This document shows, one piece after another, positions 37,701-48,117 of a stretch of DNA of 64,000 nucleotides. Where the stretch lies: the IMG/VR virus record IMGVR_UViG_3300017917_001123, positions 124,001-188,000 of that record. One strand, 5' to 3'. The notes under the pieces were generated by a model. It was given only the letters and a program-made list of their open reading frames with translations. It ran no database searches and was not told the DNA's origin. The translations under genes were made by a program, and so were the position numbers. The stretch's first letter is position 1. The number at the start of each line of letters is the position of its first letter.

Positions 37701-40700
37701 AAACGGCTTCTCATATTTTGCTGACAAGGCAATTCACGCAGTAGCAGGTACAACAGGTTACGGTGGTGTAGGTAAGACAAGACTTAAACTTGAAAATATC
37801 AACGGCGTGTTTAAGTCTGGTGAAACAATTACTTACGAAGATCCAAATAATAACATCCTTGCCCAAGGTACTATTTCAAGCACAGCAAGCGGATACATCT
37901 TTATCACTGGTCCAAGCTACGGCTTTGAAACAATCACTGATCGTGCTGGTAAGACTGTAACAACGTATGGCGACGCAGTACAAAGTACAATCCAGAAGAA
38001 GTTTGGTACAACTGCCGGTAAGTTTGACGGCAACGGTGATTACCTAGAAGTACTAAGCGACACAGACTTAGTGCTAAATGGTCAAGACTACACTATTGAA
38101 GCATGGGTGTATCTAAGCGGACTAGGAAAAACACAACGTATTGCTCGTAAAGGTGTTTCAACTCCGGCGGCATATGAGTTAGCAATTACAAGCTCGAACG
38201 TAGTTGCCGCGTACCATGGCGGAACAACTATTGTTGGTACTACAGCGTTAACAACAGGTCAATGGTACCATGTTGCTCTGTCTAGACAGAATTCGTCAAA
38301 TACAATTAAATTATATCTAAACGGTACATTAGAAGCTTCAAGTACAAGTGCTAGCGGTGGAGTATCAAATACAGATCCGTTAAGTATCGGTGGCTGGGCA
38401 TCAGTGGCAGCAGATTCCTTAAACGGTTACATGGATGACTTCCGCGTTAGTAACAACTATCGCTATCCAAGCAACTTTACTGCTCCAACAACAGAATTAA
38501 TTTCTGATGCCAATACAGTTCTGTTACTAAACATGAATGGTGGTAACGGTGTTACTGGGTTTATTGATACTGCTGAAGGTTCACAAGACATTTATTCAAG
38601 TGGCGGAGCAACTGCTACAAGAATTGCCCTAGCCGATTATCATCAGTTTGGTGCTGAATTACGTTGTATTGGTTCTGCGGCAGTATTTGGTAATAGCGGT
38701 GTTGTTGCTGACGGTACTGGTACTAACTTAAAGATCATTGCCTTCAACATGAGCCACATTGGTTCGGGCGGTGACTTGTCAGATGACGATAGTCTACACA
38801 ACCAAGCCAACGAAGTTATTATGGTTAACAATGGTAAGGTTTATTACCAGACTGTTGACCACTTAGGCGACTTCCGTGTAGGCGAGCAATTCATTGTTAA
38901 CCAACGTACAGGTAATGTAAGTTTTGGTAACGCACAAGTTAACTTGAGCGGATTAAATCAATTAACAATTACCGACGGTACAAATAACGCAACAATTCTT
39001 CCACAAAGTATTAGTGTTGGTAATTTATCTTTAGCAGGAAATACAATTTCCTCATTGAGCGGAAACCTAACACTTGATCCGGCAGGAACATTAACAACAG
39101 TTAACAGCGACCTAGCAGTCAATGGTTCATTCTCTGTTCAAACACTAGCAGTTCCTGGAGTTGATCAATCAACTTCAACATTAACTGGAGCAATGACTGT
39201 TGCAGGTGGAGCAGGCATTGGCGGCAACTTAAATGTTGGCGGAACATTTACAACTTATGTAACAGCAAGCTCTACATCAACAATTGCCAATAACGCAATC
39301 CAAGCAGTTAATGGTGGCGTTGGTGCGAAAACAATCTACATTGAAGAAGACGGTTGGATCGGAACTAACCGCATTGTTACAACAGCAACTATTGGAGCAA
39401 GTTTAGGTGGTATTGTTCCAAACGCAATTCATATTACAAATACCGACGCCAACTTTGGAAATACAACTTCCGGTGCTCTAATTGTTGACGGTGGTGCGGC
39501 TGTTGCTGGAAACTTAACAGTCGGTGGCGACTTAACATTATTAGGCGGCGGTTCTGTATTGACTAATGTTGCGGTAACTACTGATGCCTATATTGGGGCA
39601 AGCGTAGTTAAGGCAGGTACAACTGCTACAATTAACATTGTTAATTTGGGTGTTCAAAGCCTAACAGCAGGATCTGGTATTGCTGTGTCTGCTTCAACTG
39701 GCACAGTGACAATCGATTCGACAGATACCTTAGGGGACGTAACATCACGTGGTGCTACAACTGCTGACGCAATCTCATTAACAAGTACTGCTTTAAACAG
39801 TTCAACTATTGCTAACAACGCTCTTTCAGTTAGCGGCGGGATTGGTGCTGATAGTTTATACATTGCTCGCTTCGGTTGGTTAGCAGGTAGCGAAATTGTT
39901 ACAACTGCTACACTAGGACAGGCATTTAACAGCTCAACACAAGTTACTGGACAGTTTAACATTACCAACACATCAAGCAACGCCTTCTATGTTGCTGGTG
40001 GAGGTACAGTTGGCGGAAACTTTACAATTGGTGGAAACTTAACTGTAAACGGAACTGTAACTTCAGTAGACAGTAACTCAGTTAACATTGGTAACAAAGT
40101 TGTTTATCTATCAACACTAACTGGTAGTGCGGCTCTTTCTGCAGGTTCTGGTATTATTGTCGGTAAGGATGATAATAATCCAACAACTGACTGGGCAACA
40201 TGGATTTATGACGGCGGCGAGCCGGGCTTCTGGACAACTACAAACGGCATCAAGCCGATGCGTGATGATCTAGAATTTGGAACTGTCAACGGATATTGGT
40301 GGAAGACCGGCGCAATCAAAGACTTGTACTTTGATCAAGCAGTATCTACAAGCACATCATTTAACACAGCAACAGTAGCAGGAAATGCTCTTCGCCTACC
40401 AAACGGCGGTATTGGTGCTAAGACTCTACACTTAACAGATGAGGGTTGGATTGCTGGTGCTAAGATTGTTACTTCTGCTAACTTTAATCAGTTTGCTACA
40501 GACTTTGATGGCGGAACAATCAGCCAAGCTCTGGTTATTAATAACAATACTCCGGCAACAAATACAACAACTGGTGCGTTAGAAGTATTAGGTGGCGCCG
40601 GAATTGGACAAGCACTATATGTTGGCAAGAGTGTTTATATTAACGAAACATTAGACGTAACAGGAAGTGCTTTAATTCAAAGTGTAACAACATCGACAGC

Positions 40701-43700
40701 AATTAACAACGGCGCATTAGTTGTTAATGGCGGTGTTGGTATTGGTCAAAACTTGCGTGTTAACACTAGCGTTGACATCGGCGAAGCGTTACGTGTAACT
40801 GGAGATGTTTACGCAAATAGCGGAAAGATCTATCTGCCAAGTGGAACACAGTTTGCTGATGACGGAATTGGCAACGCAACAGTTTCTGGTTCTTCATTAA
40901 CATTAACAGCAAATACAAGCTCAGTTGTAATTAACAGCGTAACTGGAACAAAAGTTAACGGCGGATTTAGCGCAACTGGTGTTGTTCAAGTACTTGACGC
41001 AACTGTAGCATCAAGCACAACAACAGGTGCCCTACAGGTAGTAGGCGGCATCAGCACACAGGATGGAATATATTCTGCTAAAGATATTACTACTAACGAA
41101 AGCATAATTGCTGGCGGCGCCTATAAGAGCACTAGCTCAATTGCTGGTAATGTTATTACAGCTCCGAACGGCGGTATTGGCGCCCAGACGCTATATCTAA
41201 GCGAAAGCGGTTATATCAACGGCGCACAGATTATTACAAGTGCTACATTGAATAGCTTCACTGGTGGCGCAATTAACAACAGCTTATTTGTAAACAACGA
41301 CACACAATCAACAAGTACAGTAACAGGTGCTTTAGTTGTAACAGGCGGTGTTGGTATTGGTAAGAACTTGTTTGTTGGCGGAAACACCTACTTACAAGGA
41401 GACTTATTCATTGACGGCGCATCATTTATGCTGTCAAGCAACACTATTCAGACTGGTGATAAGTTAATCTACGTAAGTACAGGAGCTACAAGTTCTCTAC
41501 TAGCAACAAACTCTGGTATTGGAGTTGGTCCAGTAGGTTCAGCATACGCAACATGGTTGTTTGATAACGCATCTACTTCGTGGAAGTCAACTGTAAACAT
41601 CACAGGCGACGCATCACACAGCTTAGGTATTGCTCTAAATCCTTGGGGAACTGCTTACGTTAATACAGTTTATGTAAGAAGTAATATTACAGCTACAAAT
41701 ACAACAACTGGCTCTTTACAAGTACTAGGTGGTATTTCAGCAAGCGAGAATTTATTCTTAGCAAGCACACGTAGCAACACATTAACAAATACAGCAAATG
41801 CTCTAACAGCATTAGGCGGAGCATGGATTGGCGGCGAACTAAACGTAGCAGGCACAACTGGTTGGATCAATAATAGCCCAATCATTACTGCTAACAGTCC
41901 GTTTGATGTAATTTTAACAAGCACAACAGATGCTTCTGCTACCAACACCGGAGCACTACAAGTTGTAGGCGGCGTTGGCATTGGTAAGAACTTAGTTGTT
42001 GGAGAGAAGATTGTTGTACCTAACTTACTAGGTTCAACTTCGACTGCTAACGACAACGCTCTAGTAGTAAGTGGCGGTGGCTACTTTGACAGTCTAATGG
42101 TTAATACTGTAGCAACAGTAGCCGGCGGCATTGTAATTACAACAGCAACAATTGGCGACTACGCATTTAATGGCGGTACAATTAACAAGCCAATCGTTAT
42201 TAACTCTGCCACACAGTCTATTAGCACAACAACAGGTGCTTTACAGATTGTCAACGGCGGAGCAGGCGTTGGCGGAAACGTTTATGTCGGTCAAACATTA
42301 TATGTTGCTGGAACAAGCACATTCTTCCAGACTTCAACATTTAAGACAATCGTTGCTGGTACAGCAACATTTACAACAGCAACCGTAACAAGTGCTATTG
42401 CTAACACATCAACTGCGGCAGGCAATGCCTTCCAAGTAACAGGCGGTGGTAGCTTTGGATTCCTGCGTGTTGCTAACCAAGCATGGGTTAACGGTTCTCC
42501 AGTAATTACTGCGGCTAACATTAATCAGTTTAGCGGCGGAACTATTACTAATGACCTAACTATTGATAGCCCAACACAATCACTAAGCACAATAACTGGT
42601 GCGTTCCGTGTAATTAACGGTGGCGTTGGTATTGGCGGAAATGTATTTGCTGGCGGATCATTAAACACAATTGATCCGACTGGATCTGTTGACGGATTCT
42701 TTGGTCCAAACGATTTATTAACAGCATTAGAGATTGGTACAAACACTCTAAACAAACCTGTTGATATTATTGTTAACAATGTTCCTGTAGCAAGATTTAC
42801 AGATAGTCAAAACTTTGCGATTGGTGGAAATCATAACCCAATTTACGGTGTTGATGTTTATACACCAAGTGCTCCTACCTGGGCCGCAAACACAGTTTCT
42901 AACTTATTAAGTCTACGTTCAAGCCAGTGGGCAGATTTATATTCATCAAATGTTTCTAGATTTGCTATTGGAGCAATTTCAACAGACTTTGGTTCAACAT
43001 TTGAACACTGGATTACTTCGGGCGAACAAACAGCAGGTAACGCAGAACCATTAGTATTTGCTGGCGGCGCATGGGCAGACAGTAACGACGGTGCGACAAA
43101 CACAGTAACTGAATGGGCTCGCTTTACTGCTACTGGTAACTTTACTGCTAAGAACTACATTATTACAACTAATGCGGCAATCAACACAGCAACAATTAGT
43201 GGTAATGCTCTTCAAGTCACTGGCGGTATTGGCGCAAGTAGTTTATTAATCAACGGTAAGGCATGGGTAAGAAGCGGAGCAACAAGCTACGAAGTCATCC
43301 ACGCAGGTAACGTTAACCAGTTTGGTTTTAACGGCGGAACTATTACTCAACCGTTGTATGTAAACACAAATACTCAGGCAGTAAACGCAACAAGCGGTGC
43401 TATCAGAACTGCTGGCGGTATCTCAGCAGTTGGTAACATTTACGCAGGTGCTAACTTCTACGGTAACTTAATTGCTACAAACATCACAGCAACAAACATT
43501 AATGCTCGAGGCAATGAAATTACAATTGGCGGTCCAGCAATTTTCTCAACCGCAACAACAGCAACACAAACTGGTGGTGTTATTGGTGGAGCCGGTGTAC
43601 AGGTTACAGGCGGCCTAGCAGTAAATCAAAATGCAATCGTAGGCGGAAGTTCGTTCAGCTTAACATCAATTGAAGGCAACGCAGTCCAAGTACCAAACGG

Positions 43701-46700
43701 TGGACTAGGAACTGCTTACTTGTATGTTGCTAATGAGGGTTATATCAACGGAGCTCAGATTGTTACATCAGCAACAATTAACAGCTTCTCAGGCGGTGAA
43801 ATTGCTAACGCACTATACCTAAGCAATACAACTGATGCTACAAGCACATCAACAGGTGCTCTAAGAGTAGCAGGCGGTGTTGGCATTGGTAAGAACTTAT
43901 GGGTAGGTGCCGACGTTAACATTTTAGGTAACTTATATGTTGACGGAACCTCTTACACATTAAGCTCAACTAATATTGAAACTGGCAACAAGGTAATTTA
44001 CCTAAGTACAAGTTCACCAAATGCCGCAGGAGCAGTTAACGCAGGTATTGCTGTCGGTAACACAGTCGCTCCTTGGGCATCGTTCTTCTTTAACGGTATT
44101 AACTCTTGGAGCTCTCAAGGTAATATTATTCCAAGTACCGCAGGCGGATTTGGTCTAGGTGACTCAACAACACCGTGGAATACTGTACACTCACAAAACG
44201 GTAGATTCTATGCCACAACAGATGCTAGCTCAACACAAACTGGCGCATTACAAGTTGTAGGTGGCGTAGGAATTGGCAAAAAATTAGTTGTAGGAAGTTC
44301 AGCAACTGTTCTAAGTTCTGAATTTAACCTAACAACATCGACCTTCAATGCCCTAACAGTAGTTGGTGGTATTGGTGGTCGCTACTTAACAATTGACGTA
44401 GCAGGTTACATTAACGGAAGCCAGATTATTACTGCGGCTAACATCGGTGGCTATGCTTACAATGGCGGTATTGTTAATACTCCAATTGTACAAAACTCAA
44501 CACTTGATGCTACATCATTAAGCACCGGTTCTATTGTAACAGCAGGCGGTGCGGCAATTAACAAACAACTTCAAGTTGGTTACACAGCAACTATTGCAAG
44601 TTCTGCGTTTAGCACAAGTACTATTGCTAATAACGCACTAGCAGTAACTGGTGGTATCGGTGCTCGTTCGCTATACTTAACAACAGAAGGTTGGATCAAT
44701 GGTAGCCCAATTATTACTGCGGCTAACATCAACAGCTTCTCTGGCGGTACAATCAACAGCACACTGGCAATTAACAATGCTACACAGGCAATTAACACAA
44801 CCACTGGTGCTTTACAGGTTATCAACGGTGGCGTTGGTATTGGCGGCAACGTATGGGCGGGCGGCACAGGTAACTTTGGCGTTACAACAAATGCCGCAGG
44901 TACATTAGGAACAACTGCTTCTGGTTCGCTAACTGTTTTAGGTGGCGCAAGTGTAAGCGGTCTAATGAACGTAGGCGGTGCGGCATGGTTTGGTGGTAAC
45001 GTTGGTGTTCAAACAGCTACCCCTGGTGTTGCTCTTGAAGTTAACGGAAACTTTGTAGTAGGCGCTTATAACAGCTCACGTGTTCAGATTGTTAACGCAG
45101 GCGGAACAAACGCAATCTATGAAGTATCAACAACTGAATCTAACCCACGTTGGACAATTGGTCGTGACTTACTAGGCATTGGCGTAGCAGGTTTAGGCTT
45201 CATGAACGCTAACCAGGCATTAGGTACTGGTGGTGCGGCAGTTGGCGCAGTTTCTGCTTCAACAGGATTCTTAGGTCTATACACAACAAACGGAACTTCG
45301 CAGACATTACGAGCAGTAATCGACAGCGGCGCTTCTGGCGGTAACATGGGCTTAGGTATTACAAGTAGCTTACAAGGTAAGTTACACGTTCAAGGAGCTG
45401 CCGCAACAGGTTACGGCATCTATGCTCGTGGCGCACAAGATCACGTGTTCTTATCAAACAACGCGGCCAACTATTCAAATATTCAAATTTCGAGAACAAC
45501 AAGTGGTGTTGGCTCGGCCGCAGATATTAGAATTGGTGCCGCAGGCGGAGCAAGTAACTTCCTACCAACAGCCGTACAAGGCGATGCTGTAATTACATTC
45601 GGTCAGAAAGTACTATTTGGTCAACAAAGTGCGTTTGAAGTTGCTAGAATTGACGGAACAGGTATTGCTATTGCTACTGCTACTTCAGCAATTAGCGTTT
45701 CAAGCGGCGCATTGCGTGTAACAGGTGGTGCTGGAATTGGCGAAAACTTATATGTTGGTGGCTTATTCAGCGCAACAGGTACTGCGTTCGTTGGAAGCGC
45801 AATCGCAAGCACAAGTACTAAGGCAGGCAATGCTCTTGTTGTTACCGGTGGTATTGGTGCTGCAAGTTTATGGTTAGATAATAACGGTTGGATCAACGGT
45901 TATCAAATTGTTACAACTCAAAACATTGGCGCCCTAACTGGTGCGTTCAATGGTGGTACAATCACTAATCCATTGTATATTAACAATACAACTGACAGCG
46001 GTTCTACAAGCTCTGGAGCATTGTACACAACTGGTGGTATTGGTATTACTAAACAACTTTATGTTGGCGGTACTACAACTTTAGCAGGTGCTACTAATGC
46101 AAGCGGTATTGTAACAGTTATTAACGCAACAGCCGCAGTAAGCACAACAACTGGCGGCTTGAAAGTAACTAACGGTGGCTTAGGTGTAGGCGGTGCTGGT
46201 TACTTTGGAACATTTATTAACTTAGACAGTAACACTACAACACCTACGTTAATTGGTTCTGGTAATATTGGCCGTTCAGGCGGCGACCTAACTGTTCAGG
46301 CGGGTGCTACAACATTTAGTGCTTCTAGAGCTTACGCTCAGTTTATTAATGGCGGTGGCGTTACACTATACGGCGGCGGTGTCGGCACAACAGGTAACAT
46401 TACATTAGACGGTGGCGCAAGTGAAGTTGTTGTTTCTAAGATAACTAACGCAACTAACACAGCAACAGGTGCCTTACAGGTACGTGGTGGCGTAGCAGTC
46501 GGTAACGGATTAGTTGTAGGCGGACAAGCAACAGTTATTGGAGCAACAAGTCTTCAAGGAACAACTATTGCTGGCGTAACACAAATTACTAATATTACAT
46601 CAGCTACAAGCACATTAACTGGCGCTTTACAAGTGTTTGGTGGTGTCGGCGTTCAAGGCGATATCTATGCTCGTAACATCTACGCTAACGGTGTGCTAGT

Positions 46701-47760
46701 TGGCACAGGTGGCGGTGGCGGTGGCGGTGGATCGTCAACACTAACAGAATACATTTCTGTAACAAGCTCAACCGTAGCACTATCAACCACAACTGGCGCA
46801 GTTCGTGTAACAGGTGGTGTTGGTATTGGTAAGAACTTATTTGTTGCTGGTCCAATAACAGTTGGCGGATCTACATCGTTTATTGACACAAGTGCCCAAA
46901 TTCAAGCTAATGGCGGAATTCAAGCATCCGGTTCTGTTGTTGGTAAAGACATGTATGCTTCTGGTGGTAACCTACTAGTTCAAAGCTCAGACTTTACACA
47001 GGCTAACTGGGCTAAGTTTAACAGCACAGTACAAGCAGGTTCTACAATTAGCCCAGACGGTACACTAAATGGTACTAAGTTAATCGAAACTGCGGCAACT
47101 GGTGGTCACTACTTCCAGCAGACAATTAGTCAAACTGGTCCGATTACATTTAGCGCATTCTTAAAAGCAGGTGAACGTACATTTGCTATCTTGAACGCTA
47201 CTGTAGCAGGTCAACCACATGCGGCTTGGTTCAACTTAACAACAGGTGCTCCAGCAACTAAGCAGGAAAGCCTATACAAAGTTGATAGTCGTTGCGAACT
47301 TCTACCATACGGAGCAAGTTCAGGATGGTATCGTTGCTCAATCACTGTGTGGGCTCCAACAAGTGCTACAACAACTGCTGTAGGTATCTATACAGCATTG
47401 GGCAGTGAAAGTGTAATTACTGGTACATTAAGTTCTTATACAGGTACAGCTGGTAACGGTTTATATGTATATGGAGCACAAGCTGAGCCAGGTTACTATC
47501 CAGGTGACTATTTTGCTACTGCGGCATCAACAGTTGCTCCAACAGCTAATAGCTATGTAGGTGGAAGTCTATATGTTGCTAACACAGGTACAGTTGGTGG
47601 TTCACCGATTGTAACTTCAGCTAACCTAATGACATACTGGGGTGGCACAAGTGCTAACACCTTACAGATGACAAATACAACTAACGCAACAAGTACACAA
47701 ACTGGTGCGTTACAAGTTGTAGGTGGTGTTGGCATTGGCAAAGATGTTTGGATCGGCGGT
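28900..47760 (+). repeat. Dispersed protein-level fibre repeat (S/T)-x-T-T-G-A-L-x-V-x-G-G-x-G-I-G, dozens of copies across the 2296- and 4437-aa proteins
   Basis: Visible throughout both translations; a few copies also occur in the 818-aa fibre. Exact count not made. Confidence 0.85.
34736..34799 (+). promoter_or_regulatory. SD-sequestering 12-bp inverted repeat with a late promoter in its loop
   Basis: AGTTTCCCTCTC (34736-34747) is the exact reverse complement of GAGAGGGAAACT (34788-34799), which overlaps the SD-like GGAGAGGG; TAAATA at 34753-34758 lies between the arms. Confidence 0.8.
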
Positions 47761-48114
47761 ACATTATATGCTACTGCTAAGAGCTTCTTAATTGATCACC
47801 CAAGCAAACCTGGTTACAAGTTACAATACGGTTCGCTAGAAGGTCCAGAAAATGGTGTTTATGTACGTGGACGCTTAACAGGCAAAGATACAATCGAACT
47901 TCCATACTACTGGAAAGACCTAGTTGACGAATCAACAATTACTGTTGATCTAACACCTATTGGCAAACATCAGAAACTTTATGTTGAAGAAATTGTTGAT
48001 AACACCGTAGTAGTCGGCAACGACAACTTACTAGGTAAGGCAATCGACTGCTTCTACGTAGTTTGGGCAGAACGTAAAGATGTAAACAAATTAACAGTAG
48101 AACGCAAGGAATAA
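34801..48114 (+). CDS. Giant fibre/adhesin-like protein, 4437 aa: beta-helix with inserted LamG domain, long repeat shaft, CBM-like domain, C-terminal chaperone-like domain
   Basis: VWYVSEAGSDSSDG beta-helix start (~37130); LamG-like YTIEAWVY..WYHVALSR..KLYLNG..GYMDDFRVS (~38080-38460); NLLVQSSDF..GWYRCSIT CBM-like (~46970-47500); KSFLIDHP..LEGPENGVYVRG C-terminus. Confidence 0.88.
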   Translation: MASYNDDFIVKNGLIVRANNLSNYQSTSTTTGAIVTPGGVGIGGDVNIGGRLNVDTSATLAELSVEGITKILSTATNTATITPDGNALQVFGGIYAENINLSGIGLIKGSRILTVAEGFQGGIIAEPLIINTTTNSTSTTTGALVTPGGIGVGSDVHIGGSVWTTGTSYVTGSIFGGEKHVLNTVQFNGNSYVSAKVVQNGYTATVTLTNTGVTSLVAGTGISVSTSTGTVTVGNTGVLSIISGGGELQVDQATGNVTLTVASTLQDVVLRGNQTDQTIAINNPTDVLTTSGNALDVLGSIGAYRINVVTTSYVAGAQIVTTGTINQYIGGTITQPLRIANTTSSINTQTGALVVDGGVGIGENLNVGKNFTLGGDAVIYGGLTVVGSYTTVLVNSTQTVISDPAIDLGAGFNGAPLEINDGLDRGLVLHFNTGTSVLHEGHAFLGRQATSGELVFLTNLTTGTSHSVPNPYSGDWGNVRFGQLRLTSSENASSTTTGALVTVGGIGVGGDVYATRVFDGGARVVSVVNITTGSGLAITSSVNTGPNVSYAITNTGVLSVTTGNGILITGDAQNPVVQNIGVVNLQVSTDPTENDLSVSSNGIRTFFVGNTSTLQTVTARGNETTSEIIILNQTTSTEVTSTNALQVLGGISAKTLLITDKAYLNGAEVVTSATINAFSGGTINNSLKINSGETSTSTSSGALVVNGGLGVTDNMNIWNTIKQWNTNTTGIVAYGTSEFHNTLFANTLSALSTNLNIVSQGTGSVYINGVNLLAYDANVWYVSEAGSDSSDGRRIASAFKTIKHALSVAQPSDVVFIEAGTYEEVWPLTVPQGVTVKGAGVRATIVKPTVGTNTQNGFQLNGETTVSDLCVEGFFKPGYAFTFATGAKITTKSPYVERVSVITRGSSTSSTDPYGFAAADAGNGAKLDAGVLDPTSLEPAMLWNEVTFIVPNATGWYMTNGARAEILNGFSYFADKAIHAVAGTTGYGGVGKTRLKLENINGVFKSGETITYEDPNNNILAQGTISSTASGYIFITGPSYGFETITDRAGKTVTTYGDAVQSTIQKKFGTTAGKFDGNGDYLEVLSDTDLVLNGQDYTIEAWVYLSGLGKTQRIARKGVSTPAAYELAITSSNVVAAYHGGTTIVGTTALTTGQWYHVALSRQNSSNTIKLYLNGTLEASSTSASGGVSNTDPLSIGGWASVAADSLNGYMDDFRVSNNYRYPSNFTAPTTELISDANTVLLLNMNGGNGVTGFIDTAEGSQDIYSSGGATATRIALADYHQFGAELRCIGSAAVFGNSGVVADGTGTNLKIIAFNMSHIGSGGDLSDDDSLHNQANEVIMVNNGKVYYQTVDHLGDFRVGEQFIVNQRTGNVSFGNAQVNLSGLNQLTITDGTNNATILPQSISVGNLSLAGNTISSLSGNLTLDPAGTLTTVNSDLAVNGSFSVQTLAVPGVDQSTSTLTGAMTVAGGAGIGGNLNVGGTFTTYVTASSTSTIANNAIQAVNGGVGAKTIYIEEDGWIGTNRIVTTATIGASLGGIVPNAIHITNTDANFGNTTSGALIVDGGAAVAGNLTVGGDLTLLGGGSVLTNVAVTTDAYIGASVVKAGTTATINIVNLGVQSLTAGSGIAVSASTGTVTIDSTDTLGDVTSRGATTADAISLTSTALNSSTIANNALSVSGGIGADSLYIARFGWLAGSEIVTTATLGQAFNSSTQVTGQFNITNTSSNAFYVAGGGTVGGNFTIGGNLTVNGTVTSVDSNSVNIGNKVVYLSTLTGSAALSAGSGIIVGKDDNNPTTDWATWIYDGGEPGFWTTTNGIKPMRDDLEFGTVNGYWWKTGAIKDLYFDQAVSTSTSFNTATVAGNALRLPNGGIGAKTLHLTDEGWIAGAKIVTSANFNQFATDFDGGTISQALVINNNTPATNTTTGALEVLGGAGIGQALYVGKSVYINETLDVTGSALIQSVTTSTAINNGALVVNGGVGIGQNLRVNTSVDIGEALRVTGDVYANSGKIYLPSGTQFADDGIGNATVSGSSLTLTANTSSVVINSVTGTKVNGGFSATGVVQVLDATVASSTTTGALQVVGGISTQDGIYSAKDITTNESIIAGGAYKSTSSIAGNVITAPNGGIGAQTLYLSESGYINGAQIITSATLNSFTGGAINNSLFVNNDTQSTSTVTGALVVTGGVGIGKNLFVGGNTYLQGDLFIDGASFMLSSNTIQTGDKLIYVSTGATSSLLATNSGIGVGPVGSAYATWLFDNASTSWKSTVNITGDASHSLGIALNPWGTAYVNTVYVRSNITATNTTTGSLQVLGGISASENLFLASTRSNTLTNTANALTALGGAWIGGELNVAGTTGWINNSPIITANSPFDVILTSTTDASATNTGALQVVGGVGIGKNLVVGEKIVVPNLLGSTSTANDNALVVSGGGYFDSLMVNTVATVAGGIVITTATIGDYAFNGGTINKPIVINSATQSISTTTGALQIVNGGAGVGGNVYVGQTLYVAGTSTFFQTSTFKTIVAGTATFTTATVTSAIANTSTAAGNAFQVTGGGSFGFLRVANQAWVNGSPVITAANINQFSGGTITNDLTIDSPTQSLSTITGAFRVINGGVGIGGNVFAGGSLNTIDPTGSVDGFFGPNDLLTALEIGTNTLNKPVDIIVNNVPVARFTDSQNFAIGGNHNPIYGVDVYTPSAPTWAANTVSNLLSLRSSQWADLYSSNVSRFAIGAISTDFGSTFEHWITSGEQTAGNAEPLVFAGGAWADSNDGATNTVTEWARFTATGNFTAKNYIITTNAAINTATISGNALQVTGGIGASSLLINGKAWVRSGATSYEVIHAGNVNQFGFNGGTITQPLYVNTNTQAVNATSGAIRTAGGISAVGNIYAGANFYGNLIATNITATNINARGNEITIGGPAIFSTATTATQTGGVIGGAGVQVTGGLAVNQNAIVGGSSFSLTSIEGNAVQVPNGGLGTAYLYVANEGYINGAQIVTSATINSFSGGEIANALYLSNTTDATSTSTGALRVAGGVGIGKNLWVGADVNILGNLYVDGTSYTLSSTNIETGNKVIYLSTSSPNAAGAVNAGIAVGNTVAPWASFFFNGINSWSSQGNIIPSTAGGFGLGDSTTPWNTVHSQNGRFYATTDASSTQTGALQVVGGVGIGKKLVVGSSATVLSSEFNLTTSTFNALTVVGGIGGRYLTIDVAGYINGSQIITAANIGGYAYNGGIVNTPIVQNSTLDATSLSTGSIVTAGGAAINKQLQVGYTATIASSAFSTSTIANNALAVTGGIGARSLYLTTEGWINGSPIITAANINSFSGGTINSTLAINNATQAINTTTGALQVINGGVGIGGNVWAGGTGNFGVTTNAAGTLGTTASGSLTVLGGASVSGLMNVGGAAWFGGNVGVQTATPGVALEVNGNFVVGAYNSSRVQIVNAGGTNAIYEVSTTESNPRWTIGRDLLGIGVAGLGFMNANQALGTGGAAVGAVSASTGFLGLYTTNGTSQTLRAVIDSGASGGNMGLGITSSLQGKLHVQGAAATGYGIYARGAQDHVFLSNNAANYSNIQISRTTSGVGSAADIRIGAAGGASNFLPTAVQGDAVITFGQKVLFGQQSAFEVARIDGTGIAIATATSAISVSSGALRVTGGAGIGENLYVGGLFSATGTAFVGSAIASTSTKAGNALVVTGGIGAASLWLDNNGWINGYQIVTTQNIGALTGAFNGGTITNPLYINNTTDSGSTSSGALYTTGGIGITKQLYVGGTTTLAGATNASGIVTVINATAAVSTTTGGLKVTNGGLGVGGAGYFGTFINLDSNTTTPTLIGSGNIGRSGGDLTVQAGATTFSASRAYAQFINGGGVTLYGGGVGTTGNITLDGGASEVVVSKITNATNTATGALQVRGGVAVGNGLVVGGQATVIGATSLQGTTIAGVTQITNITSATSTLTGALQVFGGVGVQGDIYARNIYANGVLVGTGGGGGGGGSSTLTEYISVTSSTVALSTTTGAVRVTGGVGIGKNLFVAGPITVGGSTSFIDTSAQIQANGGIQASGSVVGKDMYASGGNLLVQSSDFTQANWAKFNSTVQAGSTISPDGTLNGTKLIETAATGGHYFQQTISQTGPITFSAFLKAGERTFAILNATVAGQPHAAWFNLTTGAPATKQESLYKVDSRCELLPYGASSGWYRCSITVWAPTSATTTAVGIYTALGSESVITGTLSSYTGTAGNGLYVYGAQAEPGYYPGDYFATAASTVAPTANSYVGGSLYVANTGTVGGSPIVTSANLMTYWGGTSANTLQMTNTTNATSTQTGALQVVGGVGIGKDVWIGGTLYATAKSFLIDHPSKPGYKLQYGSLEGPENGVYVRGRLTGKDTIELPYYWKDLVDESTITVDLTPIGKHQKLYVEEIVDNTVVVGNDNLLGKAIDCFYVVWAERKDVNKLTVERKE

Positions 48115-48117
48115 AAT

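Noticed and set aside
46708-46735. GGT/GGC microsatellite encoding poly-Gly as a phase-variation tract
   Set aside because: Triplet and in frame with mixed codons; best explained as a flexible linker.
16648-48114. Interpretation as bacterial (e.g. CPR) giant adhesins or autotransporters
   Set aside because: No signal peptides, beta-barrel or sortase signals; the genes lie between T4-type head and neck genes and carry phage late promoters.
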